From Gemmatimonadaceae bacterium (lineage in GTDB: Bacteria > Gemmatimonadota > Gemmatimonadetes > Gemmatimonadales > Gemmatimonadaceae): DNA of 61,765 bases. The notes under the pieces are model-generated. The model was given only the letters and a program-made list of their open reading frames with translations. It did not search any database and was not told the origin of the DNA. Shown one piece after another: positions 19,075-29,213 of this stretch. Both the position numbers and the translations under genes were made by a program. Positions within the stretch are counted from its first letter, which is position 1. Each line of letters begins with the position of its first letter. The stretch lies in NCBI GenBank assembly GCA_044224875.1, contig JBGAJQ010000027.1, positions 1-61,765 on the forward strand, written 5' to 3'.

Positions 19075-21999
19075 CTACTCCGGTCGACTGTCGCTACTCG
19101 TTGCAGCTTTCGGCACCGCCTTGCCGGCATCCAAGTCATTCCAGTTCAGGATCGTGTTGAACCCAAGGAAGTAGGTGCCCTGGGTTTGCCAGCGCCAGAA
19201 CGGGCGAATGGCAAACGAGACCACATGGCCCTGGCCGACGCGTGAATCCAGCACCTGGGCTCGGCCCGCCAGCAGCTGCCCGTTCGCCAACGTGCCCGAG
19301 AGCAGCAGGTCGGCGGGATTCTGCGGGAACTGCATAACGACCCTGGGACGTGAGTCGTCGATGTTCACCCCAAAGGCCCGGGCAAGCTCGCGAAACTGCG
19401 CCATCTCGTCAGGCTGACCGGGACCGCGACGCGCGGTGCTGCTGCTGTCGGATTCATAAGGTGACAGGCGCTGCGGAGCCGCCATCGGCGTGATGTTCTG
19501 ACTGGGGCCGCCTCCGCCGCCAAGGAACGCGGCGAATTCCGCGGGCACGCTGCTGCCGGCGTTGAGGACTGGCGACTGATTGAAGTAAATCGGCAACTGG
19601 GACCCGTCGTAGCCGTAGACGATCGGACTCTTCTTGTCGGAGATCATGCCGCGCATCACCGACCCACGCGCGAAGAGTGCTTGCGGCTCCTCCACGGTGA
19701 CACCGGTGGTGAGACCATAGGCCGGGAAGATGGTCGCTGTGGATCCCTCGACGATCAACGTCCCGCCGGCCTGCACAAATCTCGCCAGCTCCAATAATCC
19801 ATCCATCCCCATCCCGCCACGGATATCGTCGCTGGAATCGTTGGCGCCCAGGTTCGGTGTGCGTTCTGTCTTCTGGTAGGGGAGCGCCGGTTGATTGTCG
19901 TTCTTCGGAATCCCGTTCACTTGCGAAATCGCGCTCCCACCGATGCTCGGGAGGATGATGACATCGTATTTCGATCGCAAGTTGCCACCCTTCAGCTTCT
20001 GGTCGGCAAAGTACGTGTACGGAACCCCGTACGTATCGAGCGCCGCCCGCACCCATCCCTCGTCCTGCGTCCGCTGCCACGAGTGCACGTAGCCAATGCG
20101 AGGCACGTCCAGATCGTGCGTCTTGACGGCCGGCGCCTGCGACACGGCCCACGCCGAGAGCCCGAGATCCTTCAAGGATGACTCCAATGCGGCGCGATCG
20201 GCGTTGGCGATGATAAACGCGCCGGCTCGGAAGCTCTTCCCGTTCAGCTCGAAATCCTCTTCGGCCGCCTGCATCGACACGTTGGCGTGCGCGAATCGGA
20301 ACTTCATCAAGTTGTTGTCGGTGTTGTTCTCGACCACGATGGTGCTGCCAGTGCCTTCGATTCCGCCGGGCGCCTTCACCTCCTTTGTCACTGGCGTCAT
20401 GGGCTGGGTCAGGATGCCCTGATCCGTCACCGCCATCACCTTGAAGTTCCGCATCAACTGGTACGTCCAGCCCGTGTCGTCGTACGGGCGCGGGTTCGCG
20501 GGCGAATAGTTCTGCACTGCGAAGTACATCTCCGGGAGAATCCGGTATGGCTGATCGCCGCGGATGACGTAGTCACCCTTCTTCACATCTACAGTGCCCG
20601 CCTTGAAGTCGGCATTGGCGGTATGGAACTCGACGCCTTGCACCCTGAGCGCATTCACGGCGTCGGCAGCCTCGCCCTTTCGCCGCTGCAGCGCCGGGAT
20701 TACCCAAGCGTACGTGGGCCCGTTCTTTCCCTTCTCGACCTGCCGCTTGTTCTTGAGATAGAAGTTCTCGAGGTACGTCTCCTTGTTCTTGGCGACGTGG
20801 TTGAGCGCGATGAGGAGGGCCGACTCCTGGATATTGGTGTTGTTGCGCGGCCCCCACGCGATCGACGGCAGCGGCGGATTGGCGCGGAACCACTCACGAC
20901 TGGTCGTTGTTGCGCCTGCACGTACTGTCGTGGTGTCGGGGCCGTAGCTCTGCACCTCGTAGAACCGGCCCGTGGCGTTGTGCCCGTGAGCGGCGAAGAA
21001 CATGTAGTTAGGCACCCAGCCGTCGTAGAAACCGTACGTCCACACACCGGGCACGCCGCGCTTGGTCATCTCCATCACTTCCGTCTTTGCCAGCAGCCAC
21101 CACTCGTCGATGGTGATGGGGTCCAGCGCTTCGTTGTACGGCCCTGTTCCTGTCGACGTGTACAAGTACGTCTGCGCCTCGTGCAGATCGTGCATGATCG
21201 GTGGGTGCCACTCCAGCCAGAACAGGTTCACATTCTTCGACAGGTTCAGGAACTGGCCGATGTTGTCGCGGTTGTTGTCATGCGCGACGTACTTCCCCCA
21301 ATACATCAGCGGCAGGCGCGTAGCGCCCGTCGGCAACTTCTTGTTGAAGTAGTAGGTGTCCACCTGTTTCTCACGCCCGTCCACTTCGATCACAGGCGTG
21401 ATGAACGTGATGACGTTGTCGCGAATGGTCTGGACAAAGGGCGTTTCCTCCACCGCCAGTCGGTAGGCCAGCTCCTGCAACATCTCGGGACCACCGGTCT
21501 CTGGCGAGTGCATCCCCGACGTGATCCAGTAGATCGGCTTGGATGTACCGATCAACTGCTTGGCCTCGGCCTCGCTGGTCTTTCGCGGATCCGCCAGCTT
21601 CGCCAGCATCTCCTTGTACTTGTCGAGGTTGGCGATGGTCTTCTCATCCGCGACCGCGAGCACGATCATGTCGCGGCCTTCCTCCGACTTGCCAATCGTC
21701 CACGTCTTGATTCGCGGGCTCGCCTTATCCAGTGCTTCGAAATAGCGCTGGATATCCTTGGCATACGTCAATTCTCCGGGAGTTCCGATGATGCGACCAT
21801 GGAACTTCAGCGGGCTCGGGACGGTGGCCGAGTATGGAAGGTGATCGACGAGTTCCGTGGTGATTCTCGGATCTCGCAGGTACTCCTTGATCTTGCGCGT
21901 GTACTCCTCGTCCTGACGCTGGGCTTGGGCGCTGGCGAGACTGCTACTTATCGTGAGGGCAGCGGCGAGAAGTGAGGCACGTGGGGTGTGAGGGAACAT
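19075..21999 (-). CDS. Secreted M14 family zinc carboxypeptidase with C-terminal GATase-like domain
   Basis: Signal peptide from MFPHTPR, GKSEEGR, HSPE (HxxE), NNRD, DLHE zinc ligands. Confidence 0.87.
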   Translation of the reverse strand: MFPHTPRASLLAAALTISSSLASAQAQRQDEEYTRKIKEYLRDPRITTELVDHLPYSATVPSPLKFHGRIIGTPGELTYAKDIQRYFEALDKASPRIKTWTIGKSEEGRDMIVLAVADEKTIANLDKYKEMLAKLADPRKTSEAEAKQLIGTSKPIYWITSGMHSPETGGPEMLQELAYRLAVEETPFVQTIRDNVITFITPVIEVDGREKQVDTYYFNKKLPTGATRLPLMYWGKYVAHDNNRDNIGQFLNLSKNVNLFWLEWHPPIMHDLHEAQTYLYTSTGTGPYNEALDPITIDEWWLLAKTEVMEMTKRGVPGVWTYGFYDGWVPNYMFFAAHGHNATGRFYEVQSYGPDTTTVRAGATTTSREWFRANPPLPSIAWGPRNNTNIQESALLIALNHVAKNKETYLENFYLKNKRQVEKGKNGPTYAWVIPALQRRKGEAADAVNALRVQGVEFHTANADFKAGTVDVKKGDYVIRGDQPYRILPEMYFAVQNYSPANPRPYDDTGWTYQLMRNFKVMAVTDQGILTQPMTPVTKEVKAPGGIEGTGSTIVVENNTDNNLMKFRFAHANVSMQAAEEDFELNGKSFRAGAFIIANADRAALESSLKDLGLSAWAVSQAPAVKTHDLDVPRIGYVHSWQRTQDEGWVRAALDTYGVPYTYFADQKLKGGNLRSKYDVIILPSIGGSAISQVNGIPKNDNQPALPYQKTERTPNLGANDSSDDIRGGMGMDGLLELARFVQAGGTLIVEGSTATIFPAYGLTTGVTVEEPQALFARGSVMRGMISDKKSPIVYGYDGSQLPIYFNQSPVLNAGSSVPAEFAAFLGGGGGPSQNITPMAAPQRLSPYESDSSSTARRGPGQPDEMAQFRELARAFGVNIDDSRPRVVMQFPQNPADLLLSGTLANGQLLAGRAQVLDSRVGQGHVVSFAIRPFWRWQTQGTYFLGFNTILNWNDLDAGKAVPKAATSSDSRPE

Positions 22000-22379
22000 G
22001 AGGGCTGTGTGAGACCAGGGAATGGGGACGGTTAGCTGACCGAGGGGAACCGCTTCAGAGGCGGCGTCGACGCACCGGGAACGCTGAGTCAAGAAGCTTC
22101 GCCACTCGTGTGTTACGCGCAAGCCGCTGGGTACGCTCGGCTGCCGTCCGATACCGGCGTTGCGTGCGAGTGTGGATATCGCCGCCGCTTGACGCCCATA
22201 CACGTCGCTTGGGCGCGATGGTTGGCGGGCGGGTCTCTTGGCATTGGCGTCTATCCGCGCCGTCGACCAGGCTTCAACTTCTCGGACGGTTCGAGCGTAG
22301 CAGATCGACCGATGCGTCGCCCCCCAACTGCGTCCCGGTCCTGCCGGCATCCCCAGTCCCTCCTTGCACGGAGAGGCAA

Positions 22380-25007
22380 ATGACACTCCGACTTAGCCCC
22401 CGTATGTCCCCCCTTCCGGGCGTCGTCTTGCCACTGCTCCTCGTCGCGAGCGGAATGGCGCAGGCCCAAAACCAGGCGCCTCCCAAACCGGGTACGGTGG
22501 ACGAGATCATCCGCGCCGAAACCTACGTGCGACCGCCGGATGCCGTGGTGGACGCCGTGCTCGCACCGCGATACCTGAACGTGACGCCGTCCAACTTCAA
22601 CGGATCGCGCACCTGGTTCGTGAACGAAGTCGGCGACGGACCAGTGACGATGGACGTGTTCTCCAAGCCGTTCCACGAATTGGGCGGGCTCTTTGTTGAC
22701 TTTCGCGCCAACCGGAATCGGAACCTCACCATCCGGAACAGCGCAGCGTTGCAGCTGATTTCAACATCCGACGGTACGCGCCATCCGGTTGTGCTACCGG
22801 CCGGTTCACGCGTGTCCAACGCAACGTGGAACCCCACGGGCACCATGGTGGCGTTCTACGTGCACACGCCCGACGCCACCCACATCTGGGTCACGGACAT
22901 GACGGGCAAGGCGCGCCAGCTCACGACCAAACCGGTTCTGGCGACCCTGAACACCAGTTTCGATTGGACGCTGAACGGCGATGCAATCATGGCCGTGCAG
23001 GCGCCGGAGCCTCGGTCGGCCATGCCGCAACCGTCGGCAATCCCGCTCGGACCAAAGGTGAAGCTGGCGGAGGAGAGCGACAAGAACCGCCTACGCAACT
23101 ACGCGTCGCTCCTCGCCACGCCCTACGACCAGTCGCTCCTGGAATGGCACGCCACGGGGCAAGTGGTCTTGATCGACGTGAAGACCAAGGCTGTGAAGCT
23201 CGTGGGCACTCCAACGATGATCCAGGACCTCGACCCGTCGCCCGATGGCAAGTACGTGCGGGTGACGCGCATGGTCCGGCCGTTCTCATACATGGTGCCC
23301 GTGAACAATTTCGGCACGATCGATGAGATCTGGGACATGAGCGGCACGATGCTGGCCAAGGTGAACGAGGAGCCGTTGAACCTCGGGGCCGACACGGCTC
23401 GCGCGGTTGGAGCTCCCGGGGCTGGCGAGTCGGGACAACTCCCCAATGGACGGCGGGAGGTCACGTGGCGTCCCGACGGGAGCGGTTTGACCTATTTGCA
23501 GGCCGAGCCGGCTCCTCCAAAGGCCGACAGCAGCAGCACGCCGGCCGACGGGGAGCAGCGTCCACGGCGCAAGGACCGCGTCTTTCAGTGGTTGCCGCCG
23601 TTCGATTCGGCGAGTGCCACGGTCCTGTACACGAGCGACTCACGAATCACCACGCACCGCTACTCGCCCGACCTCAGGACCTTGTTCCTTTCGGAACGCC
23701 AGGGGCCGCAGGTGCACGAATATGCCGTGGTGTTGGCGGAGCCCACGAAGCGTCACACACTGGTGCGCTACCGGTCTGACGACGTGTATGCCAACCCGGG
23801 GAGCCTCGTGCTCACGAGGGGACCGTTAGGCGTCGTCGGTGGATTCGGCGGTGGGTTTGGCGGCGCCGCAGCCAACCGAGGAACCCGTGTGGTGCAAGTG
23901 TCGCCGGACGGCAACGCCGTGTACTTCGCCGGCACCAAGTACGACAAGAATCCCAACGAGGTGGGCCCAAAGTCGTTCATCGACAAGGTCGACATCCTGA
24001 CCGCACAGAAGTCGCGGCTGTACGAGAGCGACAACAACGGGGTGTATGAACGCGTGCTCGACTTCCAGGACCTCGAGGCCAAAAAGTTCATCGTGACCAG
24101 GGAGTCCGCCACGGACGTGACGCAGGCATTCCTGCGAAGCGGCGATCAGATCACGCAGATCACCCAGAACAAGGACTACACACCCGACCTGACCAAGGCG
24201 CCCAAGGAGAACTTCGTGGTCGAGCGCCCAGACGGATTCAAGTTCAAGGTGAATGTCACCCTGCCGCCGGACTACAAGCCGGGAACACGGCTGCCAGCGA
24301 TGTTCTGGTTCTACCCGCGCGAGTTTGCCGGCCAGGACGAGTACGACCGCGGCGCGCGCACGTTCAACAAGAACGCCTTCCCCAGCTTCAACCCGCGCTC
24401 CATGCAGTTCCTGGCTCGCGAGGGATACGCCGTGGTGGAGCCGGACGCCCCGATCGTCGGGTCCCCTGGCCAGTGGAACAACAACTATGAGAACGACCTG
24501 CGAAACAACCTCGCGGCGGTGATCGACGAGGTCGATCGGCGCGGGTTGGTGGATCGTGCGCGCATGGGCATCGGCGGCCACAGTTACGGCGCCTTCTCCA
24601 CCGTCAACGCCATGGTGCACACACCGTTCTTCAAGGCGGGGATCGCCGGCGACGGTAACTACAACCGAACCCTGACGCCGCTCGACTTCCAGAGCGAGCG
24701 ACGGACGTTCTGGGAAGCGAAGGACACCTACCTCGCTATGTCACCGTTGCTCTATGCCCCGAACCTCACCGGCGCCCTACTGATGTACCATGGCTTGGGC
24801 GACCAGAATGTGGGCACGGACCCCATCAACTCGCCGCGACTCTTTCAAGCGCTGAATGGGTTGGGCAAGACGACGTCGATGTACCTGTACCCGTTCGAGG
24901 ACCATGGGCCCGCCACCAGGGAGACGCTGCTCGACCTGTGGGCGCGCTGGTCAGCGTGGTTGGACAAGTACGTCAAGAACGCCAAGAAGGACAAGACCGT
25001 CAGCTAG
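22380..25007 (+). CDS. Secreted S9 family prolyl oligopeptidase-like serine peptidase
   Basis: RBS GGAGAGG, signal peptide, beta-propeller, GGHSYG nucleophile, HGLGD, EDHG. Confidence 0.9.
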   Translation: MTLRLSPRMSPLPGVVLPLLLVASGMAQAQNQAPPKPGTVDEIIRAETYVRPPDAVVDAVLAPRYLNVTPSNFNGSRTWFVNEVGDGPVTMDVFSKPFHELGGLFVDFRANRNRNLTIRNSAALQLISTSDGTRHPVVLPAGSRVSNATWNPTGTMVAFYVHTPDATHIWVTDMTGKARQLTTKPVLATLNTSFDWTLNGDAIMAVQAPEPRSAMPQPSAIPLGPKVKLAEESDKNRLRNYASLLATPYDQSLLEWHATGQVVLIDVKTKAVKLVGTPTMIQDLDPSPDGKYVRVTRMVRPFSYMVPVNNFGTIDEIWDMSGTMLAKVNEEPLNLGADTARAVGAPGAGESGQLPNGRREVTWRPDGSGLTYLQAEPAPPKADSSSTPADGEQRPRRKDRVFQWLPPFDSASATVLYTSDSRITTHRYSPDLRTLFLSERQGPQVHEYAVVLAEPTKRHTLVRYRSDDVYANPGSLVLTRGPLGVVGGFGGGFGGAAANRGTRVVQVSPDGNAVYFAGTKYDKNPNEVGPKSFIDKVDILTAQKSRLYESDNNGVYERVLDFQDLEAKKFIVTRESATDVTQAFLRSGDQITQITQNKDYTPDLTKAPKENFVVERPDGFKFKVNVTLPPDYKPGTRLPAMFWFYPREFAGQDEYDRGARTFNKNAFPSFNPRSMQFLAREGYAVVEPDAPIVGSPGQWNNNYENDLRNNLAAVIDEVDRRGLVDRARMGIGGHSYGAFSTVNAMVHTPFFKAGIAGDGNYNRTLTPLDFQSERRTFWEAKDTYLAMSPLLYAPNLTGALLMYHGLGDQNVGTDPINSPRLFQALNGLGKTTSMYLYPFEDHGPATRETLLDLWARWSAWLDKYVKNAKKDKTVS

Positions 25008-25037
25008 CACCACGCCTTCCCGGCTCTCGCGCGGCGC

Positions 25038-26540
25038 TCACGGTACTCGTACCGTGAGCGCCGTCCCTTGTTCGCCCTGACGGACGCGCACTCCGCGAAC
25101 GACCGCTTCGATTCTCTTGCCGCCGCGTGGAAAGGTGACGCGGACATCCACCCGTGTGGCCCTGCCCACGCCCAAGTGCACGGGAGCGTCGTTTTGCGCG
25201 TCATAGCCCGAGCCCGCGTCCACCAACCCCGCCGCGAGCAACCGCGTGGTGCCGGCGGCATACACGCGCACCTCGGCGCCCGCCAATGCCGCCACCCCCT
25301 TCGCGTCGGTGACCCGCACCTCCAGCGCACGGTTGCCGTTCACGTTCTCGTTTCGGAATACAAAGTGCATGCCATCTGGCCGAGACCCCGTCAGGGCCAA
25401 CTCCACCCGCCCATCGCCATCGAGGTCCGCCCACTCCGCTCCATGGTCGGCTTGCAGCGCCTTGAGGTTGTCCGGGGTCACGTCGGTCAATGTCCGTCCG
25501 TCGTTATGAAAGAGGTAGTCGCGGTAGCTGACCCCGCCGGTCACCGTGCCATTCAGGTAGAGGTCGACCCTGCCATCATTGTCATAGTCGGCGGGTGCAC
25601 AGGTGTCGTAACGCGAGTCAATCGCCACGCCCCACGCCTGCGATGCATCAACGAAGCGTCCTCCGCGGTTGAGGAACAGGCCGGCCGCTCCGTAGTTGGC
25701 CGTGATCAGGTCAAACCGCCCATCGCCGTCCACATCCGCGGCGCAGGGACGCACCGTCCCCCGCCCGGCATCGCTTGGCGTGCGCCCACCCCAGGCCACG
25801 CCAGCCGCAACGGCGACGTCGGCGAAACGTCCGTTCGTGTTCTGGAAGAGTCCGTTCGCGTCGCCGTCCATATTCGCCACGTACACGTCCAGATCGCCAT
25901 CGCCATCGTAGTCGAACCACACGGCGCCAACGCTCTTCCGCGGATCCGCGAGCCCGACGGTCGCAGCGATGTCCGTGAACCGGCCGCCGTCGTTCCGGTA
26001 CAGGAGATTGGGCTTGTCCCGCAAGGTCACGAAAAGATCGAGGTCACCATCGCCGTCAGCATCAACCCACACCAGTTGCCGCACGGCCGCCGAATCGACG
26101 ACAATCCCGACGTTGGACGTCACATCGGCGAAGGTTGCACCGTCGTTGCGGTACAGTCGCACCACCGATCCGGCGCCCGGTGCGTATCCAATGGCGAGAT
26201 CGGGATCGCCATCGCCGTCGAAGTCTCCCCACGCCGCCCCACGCGTGCCACGCGGCTGGGCCAAGCCCACTTCCGGGCCTATGTCCCGAAACACACCCGC
26301 CATGTTGCGATACAATCGATTGGGCGCGCCGTTGAAGCCGACGAAAAGATCGAGGTCTCCGTCACCGTCAACGTCTGCCAACGCGTTGGTGAGGCTCGAC
26401 CCGGCAGCGAAGAGGTCCGTTTGAATCGCCGCAAAGCGTGGCGCTTGCGGCTGCTGGGCCGGCGCAGAGACACTGGCCATCGCCGCGAGGAGCAGGGCCA
26501 CGCCAGCGGGGCGTCGTCGATGCGCGCGTGCAGGGGTCAT
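25038..26540 (-). CDS. Secreted FG-GAP repeat protein with C-terminal ASPIC/UnbV domain (CRTAC1-like)
   Basis: Seven DxDGDGDxD-type repeats with LYRN spacers; GSGYDAQN...VHLGVG...VRVTFP. Confidence 0.87.
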   Translation of the reverse strand: MTPARAHRRRPAGVALLLAAMASVSAPAQQPQAPRFAAIQTDLFAAGSSLTNALADVDGDGDLDLFVGFNGAPNRLYRNMAGVFRDIGPEVGLAQPRGTRGAAWGDFDGDGDPDLAIGYAPGAGSVVRLYRNDGATFADVTSNVGIVVDSAAVRQLVWVDADGDGDLDLFVTLRDKPNLLYRNDGGRFTDIAATVGLADPRKSVGAVWFDYDGDGDLDVYVANMDGDANGLFQNTNGRFADVAVAAGVAWGGRTPSDAGRGTVRPCAADVDGDGRFDLITANYGAAGLFLNRGGRFVDASQAWGVAIDSRYDTCAPADYDNDGRVDLYLNGTVTGGVSYRDYLFHNDGRTLTDVTPDNLKALQADHGAEWADLDGDGRVELALTGSRPDGMHFVFRNENVNGNRALEVRVTDAKGVAALAGAEVRVYAAGTTRLLAAGLVDAGSGYDAQNDAPVHLGVGRATRVDVRVTFPRGGKRIEAVVRGVRVRQGEQGTALTVRVP

Positions 26541-26620
26541 GAAGGTGGGTGCTGAGGTTTCGCCGAATGTACCGGCGTCACTCCTCGCTCAACAGCCCAC
26601 CTTCCGTATCGCCTTCCCTG

Positions 26621-28390
26621 CTATTGCGCGCACCGACCCTTGGGGTCGGGCTTCGGCTTGTCCACCACGACGCGATGGTCCAGGTTGGCCACGCGAATCG
26701 CAGATTGTTGGACGAGCTTCGCGATCTTCGACATGTTGTCGTAGTCGATGTACTGCGGCTCGTCCGTCACCTGGTGATAGTCTCGGTGCAGCCCCGTCGT
26801 AAAGAAGACGATGGGAATGCCATACCGAGCGTACTCGTAATGATCGCTCCGGCAGTAGATGTTGGCGGGGTGCCCGTTGGCGTCAATCGAGTAGTCGAAG
26901 GTGAGACCCAGGCGCTTGTCGGCGTTGACCTTTTCCACCAGATCGCCGAGTTCGGTCGACAGTCGTCGCGAGCCCACGAGCTGCAGGTAGCCGGGCGCGC
27001 CGCCGATGAGCTGACCGTCCTTGGTCATCCCAGTCTTGTCGTCCGCCTTGCCGCGGCCCACCATGTCGATGTTCAGCTGCGCCACGATGGAGTCGCGCGG
27101 AATGGTGGGATGATCGGTGAAGTACTCGGAGCCGAAGAGCCCCAACTCTTCTCCGACGTGCCAGACAAAGACGAGCGAGCGCTTCGGGCGAACCTTGGCC
27201 TTGGCGAACGCCTCGGCAATTTCCAGGACGCTGACCGAACCCGAACCATCGTCGTCTGCGCCGTTGTAGATCGAATCCGGTCGCGCCGGATGAAGGGTTC
27301 GCAGGGAGTCGAGCACGTGACGGATCTGCGCCTGTTGCTCGGGCGTGGCATTTGGCTCCGGTGAGTCGGCGCCTAACGGCGCGGCGACTGACATCAGGGC
27401 GCGCACCGAGTCGTGGTCGGCCGGACTGTGATTAAAGCCCACATGGTCGTTGTGCGCACCGATCGCCACATACTGTCCCCTGAGCTTCGGGTCTGACCCG
27501 GGCAATACGGCAATCACATTCCGCCCCGGGGCCGCTTTCTGCTCGAACGCGAAGTGCCCCTGGACGGGCTTTCCGACCATGCCCGTCCTCAACGAGTCTA
27601 CGCTCACCCCGAACGTCAGCTCGGCGATCCGGCGTGTGATGTAGAAGTACGAAGGCACCGGCGGACCTGCCTCCTGGCCGCGTTCCTGCGGCGTGGCTTG
27701 GCGAAAGGCGGCGTCGACGTATCCCGGTGGCGCGTAGTCCAGGTAGATCACCGCGATGCCGGCAGCGTTCTGGTACCGCGACGTCAGTTGCCCACGGTTA
27801 ATGATGTTGTAGTCCGGGGCGCCGTCCTTTCCTCGGCCGACGTGAACCACGACCACCTTCCCGTTCGCTTCCGACGCCGGCAGGTACGACGCCGTATCGC
27901 CAAACGTGCCGCCAAAAATCGCCGTCGCGCCATCGAACGACCGCGCGCCCGTCCCTTGGTCCCGCGGAGCAAAATCCACCCACGGGCTGAACGTCGTTCC
28001 TTCAACGCCTAACGTCGCGCCGTCGGCCAACTCACTCTTGACGATGACTTGCTGGAAATAGGTCCCGTTCTCTCCGGCAGGCTGCAACCCCAGTCGCTTC
28101 AGCTCACTCGCGATGTAGTCCGTGCCCATGTCGTTCCACGGCGTGCCTGCCAAGCGTCCCATCATCGAGTCGTCCGCAAACTTGTAGAGCCGCGTGGCCA
28201 GGTCGAGTGGCGTGATGTCCCCGGTGGTCGGTGGACCTTCGAACTTGAGCGGCAGTGGCGAAGGGAGCGTACGACGAATGGCTGGAACCGTCTTACCCTT
28301 CGGGGGAGCGTCGCCCTGTGCGAGGAGTGTGACGGGAAGGGAGAGGAACACGGAGGTCGGCAGCAGCGCCGACCGAAACATGCGCATCAT
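26621..28390 (-). CDS. Secreted M28 family aminopeptidase
   Basis: GAHNDH, NGADDDGSG, GEELGLFGS, NIDMVG, RSDH, DYHQVTD. Confidence 0.9.
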   Translation of the reverse strand: MMRMFRSALLPTSVFLSLPVTLLAQGDAPPKGKTVPAIRRTLPSPLPLKFEGPPTTGDITPLDLATRLYKFADDSMMGRLAGTPWNDMGTDYIASELKRLGLQPAGENGTYFQQVIVKSELADGATLGVEGTTFSPWVDFAPRDQGTGARSFDGATAIFGGTFGDTASYLPASEANGKVVVVHVGRGKDGAPDYNIINRGQLTSRYQNAAGIAVIYLDYAPPGYVDAAFRQATPQERGQEAGPPVPSYFYITRRIAELTFGVSVDSLRTGMVGKPVQGHFAFEQKAAPGRNVIAVLPGSDPKLRGQYVAIGAHNDHVGFNHSPADHDSVRALMSVAAPLGADSPEPNATPEQQAQIRHVLDSLRTLHPARPDSIYNGADDDGSGSVSVLEIAEAFAKAKVRPKRSLVFVWHVGEELGLFGSEYFTDHPTIPRDSIVAQLNIDMVGRGKADDKTGMTKDGQLIGGAPGYLQLVGSRRLSTELGDLVEKVNADKRLGLTFDYSIDANGHPANIYCRSDHYEYARYGIPIVFFTTGLHRDYHQVTDEPQYIDYDNMSKIAKLVQQSAIRVANLDHRVVVDKPKPDPKGRCAQ

Positions 28391-28508
28391 GGCGAATCGG
28401 ATGAGAGTTGAGACTGATGAAACGACCACGATGGAAAGATAGGTGCCGACCACGTGGTTCGAGGTCGGCGCGGACCAATCGCGACTCTGTGGTGTTGGGA
28501 CGAAGGCG

Positions 28509-29213
28509 TCAGTGGTCGGAGCGACGCGCGCGAGAACTTGCCGAGCCTTCGCGCAGCCTGACGAGAAACCCCGTCGCGTTCGCGACCGCGAAGCTCACGC
28601 CCTGAAGATTCGCGTTGACGGGCACGCCGGGTATCGGTCGCGGGAAAGGTGACGCCGTGAGGTGCATCCGCCCATCTGGCGCGACCTCGACTGCGATTGC
28701 GTTTCGCTCGACATCAGGACTTGCGCGAACACCAATCGTATCCGCGAGTGCGCCGGGGAGCATCGGCTCCTCATCACGTGCCTCGGCCGCGACCACCCAG
28801 ACTCCAGCGCGCACGGCGTAGCCGACGGCGCTCAGCAATCGATCTCGATGTGCGGGATTTGGTGTGCCGAGGCTGACGTTGATCACGTGTGCGCCATCCC
28901 TTGCGGCCCACTCGATCGCCTCGGCGAGCAGCGCCGCCGTGGTCGCGAGCGTGCGGTCGAACACCCGCACCGCGATCAGCTCCGCCTCCGGTGCCTTCTC
29001 CCGAATCGCCGCCGCAACGGCCGTGCCGTGACCGATCCGGTCCCGGTAGTCGTCGTCCGTACCTAACGACGTGAAGTGGACGCCCCCGGCGATGTGGCCC
29101 ACGTGGGGATGCGACGGCGCCACCCCACTGTCGACAATCGCCACGCGAATCCCCCGCCCCCGCCGGCCAGCGAATGGTTCCTGGTCCAAGGCATATCGGC
29201 CAGGCGCAATCAC
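28509..29213 (-). CDS. qhpE: Subtilisin-like S8 leader peptidase QhpE
   Basis: Catalytic triad VDSG, GHGT, GVSFA; short and lacking a propeptide; last gene of the qhp cluster. Confidence 0.82.
   Translation of the reverse strand: MIAPGRYALDQEPFAGRRGRGIRVAIVDSGVAPSHPHVGHIAGGVHFTSLGTDDDYRDRIGHGTAVAAAIREKAPEAELIAVRVFDRTLATTAALLAEAIEWAARDGAHVINVSLGTPNPAHRDRLLSAVGYAVRAGVWVVAAEARDEEPMLPGALADTIGVRASPDVERNAIAVEVAPDGRMHLTASPFPRPIPGVPVNANLQGVSFAVANATGFLVRLREGSASSRARRSDH

Noticed and set aside
20287..21975. Long antisense ORFs (also 25068..26555, 33823..35169, 39765..41012, 49408..51126)
   Set aside because: Shadow ORFs opposite well-supported genes, expected at high GC, with no recognisable motifs
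25380..26400. Recurring GCCATCGCCGTC-like nucleotide repeats, considered as CRISPR or tandem repeats
   Set aside because: They encode the DxDGDGD FG-GAP protein repeats; they are degenerate and have no repeat-spacer structure
19075..28390. Peptidase cluster (M14, S9, M28) as a dedicated novel system
   Set aside because: Orientations are mixed and such secreted peptidases are common in peptide-scavenging bacteria; there is no specific evidence of a joint function
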